Shown piece by piece: positions 57,102-64,000 of a stretch of DNA of 64,000 bases. The notes below the pieces were generated by a model. That model saw only the letters and a program-made list of their open reading frames with translations, did not search any database and had not been told where the DNA came from. The stretch comes from Setoptus koraiensis (lineage: Eukaryota > Animalia > Arthropoda), in contig CM106585.1 of NCBI GenBank assembly GCA_048013815.1, positions 13,454,001 through 13,518,000 on the forward strand, in the 5' to 3' direction. The first letter of the stretch is position 1. The number at the start of each line of letters is the position of its first letter. The position numbers and the translations under genes were made by a program.

Positions 57102-57706
57102 TTCTTCTTTAAGATGGATACAATAATTTTTTGCAATTTAAATTTTTTGTAATTATGTGCCTGATTATATGATGACCAATCATGATAATAAATATCGGGT
57201 GAATTTGGGATAGCTGTGGAATATCTATCAAGTAAATATTGAGGATGCGAACCATTTGGGCGCCATGTGAAAGACTGATGCGGAATGATCACGTAAAAAA
57301 CTTTCGTATTGACTCACATGAATAAATAAATTATACACAACTTGTGCGCCCAAGCGAACTGTTGCTTGTGGCACACGTGCGAAAGCACGATCTGTCCATA
57401 GAATAGCGGTGGCTAACATGATTGGTTAAGGCGCGAAATTCGATCTCTTTTATTTCAAATCGGGCGGTATACTGAGCTGCCTGCCGCAAATGTAATGTTG
57501 ACAAAAATACAGTTAGGGCAGGAAAAAAAAATCAATTGGCGCCAACTAGCGGAGAAATTGGAAAGATAAACAGATCCGGATTGCATCAGAGCATCCGATC
57601 CGATGCCGAACACGCCTCTTTGGTTGACTTCGGGCTCAGATGATTTAATTTTTAAAAATTCGTATGGAAGACCTTCTTTATCATTGGGCTGAAACATAAT
57701 TAAACT
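57102..57706. promoter_or_regulatory. Head-to-head intergenic region, probable bidirectional promoter of ATR and GFER
   Basis: 605 nt between divergent start codons. Confidence 0.55.
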
Positions 57707-58192
57707 ATGGCACCACACCATAGAGAAAGCAAGAGGCAAAATAAACATTTAGATGATGAGGACTGCCAAGATCTAGTTTGTATGAGTGTCAAGAAAGACT
57801 TGAAGAGTTGGATGGGCTCCGACTCGAAAAAACCGCACGGAAAACCTGAGTGCCCTTTAGACAAGGACTCACTAGGTCGCAATACTTGGTCTCTACTGCA
57901 TACGATGGCAGCTCAGTATCCAGTTAAACCAACGGACAAAAACAAATCCGAAATGAACGAGTTTATCAATTTGTTATCTATTTTGTATCCATGCAGCCAT
58001 TGCGCGAAAGATTTTCGCCGAGACATCAAAGATTCACCCCCGAAATTGGAATCCCGCAATTCTCTTGCTCAGTGGTTTTGCCAGATGCACAACACAGTCA
58101 ATAAGAAGTTGGGGAAACCTGATTTTGATTGCTCTAAGATAGATGAAAGGTGGAGGACAGGTTGGAAGGATGGTTCATGTGATCCTTTCTAG
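57707..58192 (+). CDS. GFER: FAD-linked sulfhydryl oxidase ALR/Erv1, intronless, 161 aa
   Basis: CPLDKDSLGRNTWSLLHTMAAQYP, redox-active YPCSHC, WFCQMHNTVNKKLGKPDFDC and ERWRTGWKDGSCD. Confidence 0.96.
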   Translation: MAPHHRESKRQNKHLDDEDCQDLVCMSVKKDLKSWMGSDSKKPHGKPECPLDKDSLGRNTWSLLHTMAAQYPVKPTDKNKSEMNEFINLLSILYPCSHCAKDFRRDIKDSPPKLESRNSLAQWFCQMHNTVNKKLGKPDFDCSKIDERWRTGWKDGSCDPF

Positions 58193-58498
58193 AGAATGAA
58201 ATTGAAAATAGAAGCAGTTGGTTAAAATTTTCCTTACTCTATATAAAGAAAGAAAACGTTTAATGATTAACATTTTGTTTTAGACTACAAAAATCTCAAC
58301 TTATAGTTACATGTTAATGTGTATATATATGTAGATATATATACATAGATATATTAATAACATCTATGATCATGGATCAGCCTTTGTATATAATAGCTGA
58401 GTTATAAATTTATGGCAGTGAAAAATATAGTTTCTTTGATGACTAAGCAAGTCAGACTTTGTCTTATAAAGTTCTCAAACAATAGGCTATCTCTTCTT

Positions 58499-59922
58499 TT
58501 ATTTTTTTCGGCTCACTGTCGTCTCTGCTAGCTCAAACAAGGCTCGTTTACCTTCGCTGTCCACGAGTCCAGATATGTGCTCGAGGGCCTTCTTTACATG
58601 TTCTTGGGCCAACTCGCGAGTTTTCTGCAATCCGCTACTTTTCATAACGGCTTCATATGCACGTTCAACGTCATCTTTTTCACTGAATCGTCTGGCGATC
58701 ATTGCGCTAAGTTCTGAGAATTGGGCGCTCGCATACAAAACCGGTGCCGTGGCAAGACCAAGTTTCAAATCAGCAGCTGTTGGTTTACCAAGTTCAGCTT
58801 GACTAGATTCGAAATCTAGTAGATCGTCTACTAATTGAAATGCAATGCCAAGATTGCGTCCATATTCAAAAGCAGCCTCTTGTTGTTGCTCGTTTGCGCC
58901 CGATAATAAAGTAACAGCTTTGCAGGTGTAAGCTATAAGACTAGCTGTCTTCCTGAAGCTTTTACTTATATAATGATCAAATCGTTGATTTTCCTCCGAT
59001 TTGTTTGTCATCTGCATGAACTCTCCTCTAACTAGGTCGAGAAGTATCTATATGATGAGAATGATAGTGAGACAAAAGTAAAAAGGTCAGTGGACCGGAC
59101 TGTGATAACTGTGCCACTCATCAATGAATAGCTCGGCAACTATTGCGTAAGCAGTGTTGAGGATGACCGAGCGAAGAGCATAGAGTGAAACTGTGCCACA
59201 TACAGTTGGATATTGTGTGATGCAAACTTGTTATAATGCCAACGTACACACATCGCTAATAGATATAGATGGTCAGCAGTGGTACTTACATGGGACAAAA
59301 CAACAAGAATTTCCTCATTCTCAAGCCTCGCCAACATTTGCGAGGCTCGTGATAGAATATAGTCTCCGGCGAGAATTGATTTTCGTTGACCATAAACAAC
59401 ATTAACTGATTTCTTGCCACGTCTCGTATCGGCTGAATCAATGACGTCATCGTGAACTAGACTAGATGTGTGTATCATCTCGGCCACCATGGCCACAACC
59501 CTTTGCGCTTGCGATAACTCTACTTGACAGCCCATATGTTCGTTATATGCCCTACCAATCAGTATAACAATCATGGGTCTGTAAGCTTTTCCTTGGCCGT
59601 CAAAATAGTAGGTAGCTATCTCCTGTAATTCAGAATGTTCAGATTGTAGCTCCTTTCTAATATCGGCAAAGAGGCTATCCGCCATAACTGATAGAGGCAA
59701 TACGGCTGAAGGGGTCCTGCATTTTTCGAAGGAGTTATCTCTGGAGGCCAGTTGTTGATCCAATCGATAATCACTGAATTTTTTGATTTTCTCCTCCCCT
59801 TTTGCCTTCGATTCGGCTCCTTTCGGGCCCCAGTCGTGCCGAGCCTGTGTCGCACTAGAGGTTGCTCTGGTCATTGACCGAAATAGCAGCGATCGAGATG
59901 CTCGAATTAGACTGTTTTGCAT
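58499..59922 (-). CDS. PDSS1: Decaprenyl-diphosphate synthase subunit 1 (trans-prenyltransferase, coenzyme Q); join(59290..59922, 58499..59047), 393 aa
   Basis: GKAYRP, first Asp-rich motif EMIHTSSLVHDDVID..RRG, LAGDY, DLVRGEFMQM, KTASL, and second motif AFQLVDDLLD...GKPTAADLKLGLATAPVL. A 242-nt phase-0 intron GTAAGT...catatAG spans 59048-59289. The N-terminus resembles a mitochondrial targeting peptide. Confidence 0.95.
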
Positions 59923-62761
59923 TTTGGTTGATCCTCTGTCGATGAACAATAGGTGATTCAAAAAGAATTTCAAAAGGCTTGCTACTAAATTAAATTCTTA
60001 TTGTGAGTTAAAAGCGTCGAATAAAGGTGATATAGTTTTGTCGTTATCTGATTTATAGAGATGATGTTTATTCTGTAAAGGTGATTTCTTAAAGTGAAGC
60101 TATTACCGTTGACGCTACAACTCTTGTGCCGACCCACTTTATCGCTGCCCAGAGTACCTACGCTCTGCTCATTTCTATTGCAATCTCCAGTGGACGTAAT
60201 CTGGTTTACAAAAATATCCAGCAGAGGCTCTGGCAACGGTTTGAGTTGAACAATCGATTACGGACTGTCTCAATAAATGTTTACTTTGCTTGATCCCTCG
60301 CTCTATCGTGAAGCAGGAAAACGCTCTTCGAGGTGAGCAAGAGCATCTGCTGTTGCCTGCAGTTAGATACTTTCCATAATTAACTATTGCTCGTTCTAAG
60401 AAAGCTTAGCAGAGCCGCCCTCGCGGTTTTTTTTGTAAACTCGGAAAGTACATTGGAAAAAGCGCACACCATGGAAGATCCTGCGCACATATGAGAGATG
60501 TGTGCACAACAAGCACAGGGTGCACTTTGCAAGATAGAACATAGGGTGCGCCAAAAGTCTAGCTTTATTGACATCGTGAGGAAAATAGAAAATAACAACC
60601 TGAACCGCCACCAATCGAGATATTCCCCTATCTCTCTATTACAAGCATTGATATATCTCTGAGACTGACCCTGTGACTCTTGTGGCGAAATCCTCAGATT
60701 TCAATGAAAACTAGTCACTGTTTAAAGATTCTGGCTTTGATGGGAGTTTTTAACCAAATCGATAATAATCACTGGTAGCAATGTCTGGGATGTATGGGGG
60801 TTATCGAGGTCTTGAAGTCTTTGTTTACTACGCAAACTTTTCGACTTTTACTGAATCTCGCGCTCTACGCACTCGATGCAACTCGATATTTTGGAGGGTT
60901 TATTTTTGCCGGGAATGATGCTCTCAGATCTCGGAAAAAGTGAGTGGTATGGGTGGAAGTGTTCTCTCTGAACAGGGAAACGTGTGATTCCTCTTTTTTC
61001 GTTCTATTTTTCGTTTCTAAGATTCTTATCGAAATTTAGCTTGCATTAAATTGATGCTCACCACGAAGAATCTTCCTCAAATGCGACAAAACAACATTGG
61101 TCGGAATGATTTAGACCATTAGGTGGAAAGTTGACGTTTTTCGCACTTTCTGTTCGATAAAATAACTCACACGATTGTAAGTTTGGCCTTGTTAGTTTTG
61201 TCATGAGAATGCCAGCCTCAATTTGCAAAGATCATAAACGGCCGCACCGGATCGAACAGGCCGCCAAGCAGTGAGCCCCTTTCAACCAAAAATGCCACCA
61301 GATGGCACACTCATCTCGTAATTTCAACAAGTTTGTTTGTGTCGACTTTTGACGACTCACAAGTCGACCGACAGGTGAGTTGCCACTTTGAAAGACAAAG
61401 TGTCCTTGATTGGGCCCGACGACTCGAACAATCCTTCTATCGGGTCTTACACAATTCTCTGATCATTCATTCACATCAATTGATTCTGCTGATTAGATGG
61501 GACCCCACAACGAAACGGACCCCACGATGTGTCGAGATGAGACCAACGTGACCTGTTGGCTGTGTCTTGTCGCAAACGAATTGGTGCTCTAAAATGTCGG
61601 ATTCTCGTGACCAGAAGGTGAATTATCTGAACATGCTGCGGAATTCTTTCAGTAAGCGAGCGGCGGAAGTGTCATGAAAGCAGGCGTGATATATGGACAA
61701 ACAGTGATGAGTCTCGATAATTAATTGCTATTTACACTGGTGATGTTATTTGAATCGCATGACATGTGTATCTGATGATTGATTGCCATGGTGACGCCAT
61801 AGTGGCATTCGGCCGATATTCTCAACGCCTGTTTTGTCAATACGATCAATAACGATTAATAACATTTGTGACAGACAACATGTGGAACATTTTGTTCATC
61901 AGTAATGTCAAGAAGAAGCTAGTATCAGCATGAAAGGGAATCATGATGTATGACGCTAGTCAGATGCTGCCAAAGAGCTTATGATTGGCAAGATTGGCAA
62001 TTAAAGTCCTATACGTTTGTTGCTGTCGTTGTGTCAGTTTGCACGACCATGGCCACATGTCCACATGAACTGTGTGTGTCATAATTTATAAGACAATCAT
62101 GTCTGATTACTTGATTGCTTGATCAAAAGATATATCTTGTTGATGGTGTTTGCTGTGGAGATAAAATTGTAATGGACAAATTGTGAGCTCCATTGAGCAG
62201 CCTCTCCTCTCTGCTTGCACACGCTTGTTGATTATGCGGACAACAGTGATTCAGTGTTGACTTAATATATTGACAATATTCTCACAATCTACATTGCCTA
62301 TCAAACAAGCTATGCTAACAAGCCTGTGATGGAATACATTTGTACAAATATACGGGTGGTTACTACTATTTTAACGATGTGCCAACTCAACTAATTGACC
62401 AGCAAAACTTAAAGAGATAGATAGTATTGGTAATAGACAAGCAACAAGTTGAAAGTTTGTTTGCCGAATATGTGTGAATGAATATTTGTCGGCTGCAATA
62501 ATTGTGCCGCTTGAATGGAATAACGGTAAATTGTTATTGTCTATGCTATGTTGCCAATGTCATGTAAAGACTAGTCAATAGTTATCGATTGAATGCTGTC
62601 ATCATGGGCAATAAGCGACGCTTATTGACGACAATACCGGTGCTAATTGCAGCGCATTCATCGTTTATGAGGTAGAGACTAATAGAATGATCTAGATATA
62701 TGTGAATGATGGTAGTGCGATAAGATAAATGATGATCCAATGTGATGATGAGACGATTCGG

Positions 62762-63256
62762 CATGGGATGGGACGGGACGGGATGTCATGTGAGTTGATG
62801 GTGATGTGATGTGAAGTTGAGGCGGATCACACCAAAGTAGTTGTTCAATTTAATTTGGTTTGGTTTGATTTAATTTGGTCTGACGTGTCGGGATGAGACG
62901 AGACATTGGCCTGAGTTGCAGGTTTCTTTGTGAATTGTGAGCTGTGAGTTTCGAGCTGCGAGTTGCAAGTCGCCAGTTGGGATGGGATGGGACGGGACGA
63001 GATGGAATGGGTTAGAATGAGATTAGATGAGATGAGCAGAGATGAGATTTGATGAGATGAGATTTGATGAGATGGGATGGGACGGGACGAGACGGGCTAA
63101 AATGAAATGAAACGAAACGAAATGAGATGAGATGTTCCGTGCAGTGCCGTGACGTGTCGTGACGTGACTTACATGTGATGTGATGTGACGGGATATGACG
63201 GGATGAAATCAAATGGCATGGTGTGGAATGAGCGGCGCCATGAGATGAGATGAGCT
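62762..63256. repeat. Composite degenerate satellite: period-5 blocks (GGGAT/GAGAT/GAAAT/GTGAC/GTGAT) with an embedded period-7 block
   Basis: 38 consecutive in-phase pentamers at 62979-63168 and seven drifting heptamers at 62929-62977. Confidence 0.9.
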
Positions 63257-63324
63257 CAAAATCTGTTGTGTTGTGGCTACACATCGAACAAGTGCATCGA
63301 ATTGCCACAACTTGCAACTTGTGA

Positions 63325-63326
<2 letters not shown>

Positions 63327-63415
<89 letters not shown>

Positions 63416-63431
63416 GTATATATATATATAT
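63327..63431. repeat. (TC)42 followed by a (TA)n tract
   Basis: 84-bp perfect TC run (63327-63410), then tgtatg and TA units. Confidence 0.97.
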
Positions 63432-64000
63432 CACATTCTAACTGTAAACTTCTCTTCTGAAGAAAAGAGGGGGAAGCAATATCGAGACTGATGAATCAAC
63501 ATGTCCCGGCACCAACTAAACGATCATCTTTGTCTTTGAAGTGCCCATTTCGAATTGTTCACCTGTTGCTTAATAACTATAATATTACAATATTGCGAGT
63601 GCCCATACAGATTAATATATGTTCGTTTCTTGGCAAGTCGTCCACTACCGTCGGTAGTTGTAGTCCACCTCTATATGATATAGTAATGATTTTGAGTGAT
63701 GGCCCAGTGACAGTATGAGGCGTGTGTACTTTAGTGGCACACCTTGAATCGAAAGAACGACCATCATGCAGTCACGAGTTAGCTTTTGTTGATGAGGAAG
63801 AAAATTTTTAGAAATAACTGACATTGGCAAGAACTTGTGTGGTTCTTGGCGATGTTTTGAATACGTTTTATAGGCAGAATATGCATTTGGCCCCGGTGGA
63901 AGCGTCATATTGCGTTTATTGTCTTGTTAGCATTTATGAGGCGTGCATCAATCAAAACAATACTACTACCGGCTTTACGTGCCGGCGCTGAGGCCACCTT

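Noticed and set aside
30197-59855. Short antisense or alternative-frame ORFs inside VPS41, HFM1, ABCE1, BAZ2, ATR and PDSS1
   Set aside because: They are shadow ORFs of long genuine coding sequences with no independent evidence.
60492-60494. In-frame TGA as selenocysteine
   Set aside because: No selenoprotein-like context or SECIS was seen; the codon falls in a candidate intron.
63012-63491. ORFs of 64-140 aa at the right end
   Set aside because: They are translations of the (TC)n/(GA)n tract and the pentamer satellite.

Overview
This is eukaryotic, not prokaryotic, DNA, and the window has two kinds of territory. (1) Positions ~1-27.5 kb hold one large minus-strand developmental locus, a trachealess/NPAS1-3 bHLH-PAS gene. 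Its bHLH and PAS exons lie at 1-2605 and run off the left edge. Two phase-compatible low-complexity exons at 18.8-22.8 kb are probably its 5' part, separated from the rest by a ~16 kb intron. (2) Positions ~28.5-60 kb are a densely packed block of mostly intronless conserved genes: RNASEH2A, VPS41, a secreted orphan, a Hairy/HES bHLH gene with a ~4 kb GC-rich upstream region, HFM1/MER3, POLR1F/RPA43, ABCE1, a BAZ2/toutatis-type chromatin factor, ATR, GFER/Erv1 and PDSS1. The last 4 kb are non-coding with unusual degenerate 5-mer and 7-mer arrays. Intronless ATR, VPS41, HFM1 and ABCE1 with arthropod-like proteins suggest a streamlined mite genome, possibly eriophyoid; this is inference and no taxonomic search was run. 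The most notable observations are: a BAZ2 protein without visible MBD, PHD or bromodomain; truncated ATR and HFM1; large loop insertions in both transcription factors; a non-terminal WRPW; a perfect 34-bp palindrome and a TEAD-site cluster upstream of the HES gene; a prohormone- or effector-like orphan; a possible 5-exon orphan with one internal TAG; and a phase-locked drifting pentamer array. No CRISPR array, rRNA, tRNA or intact transposon was seen. All exon boundaries and family comparisons were done by eye and from recall.
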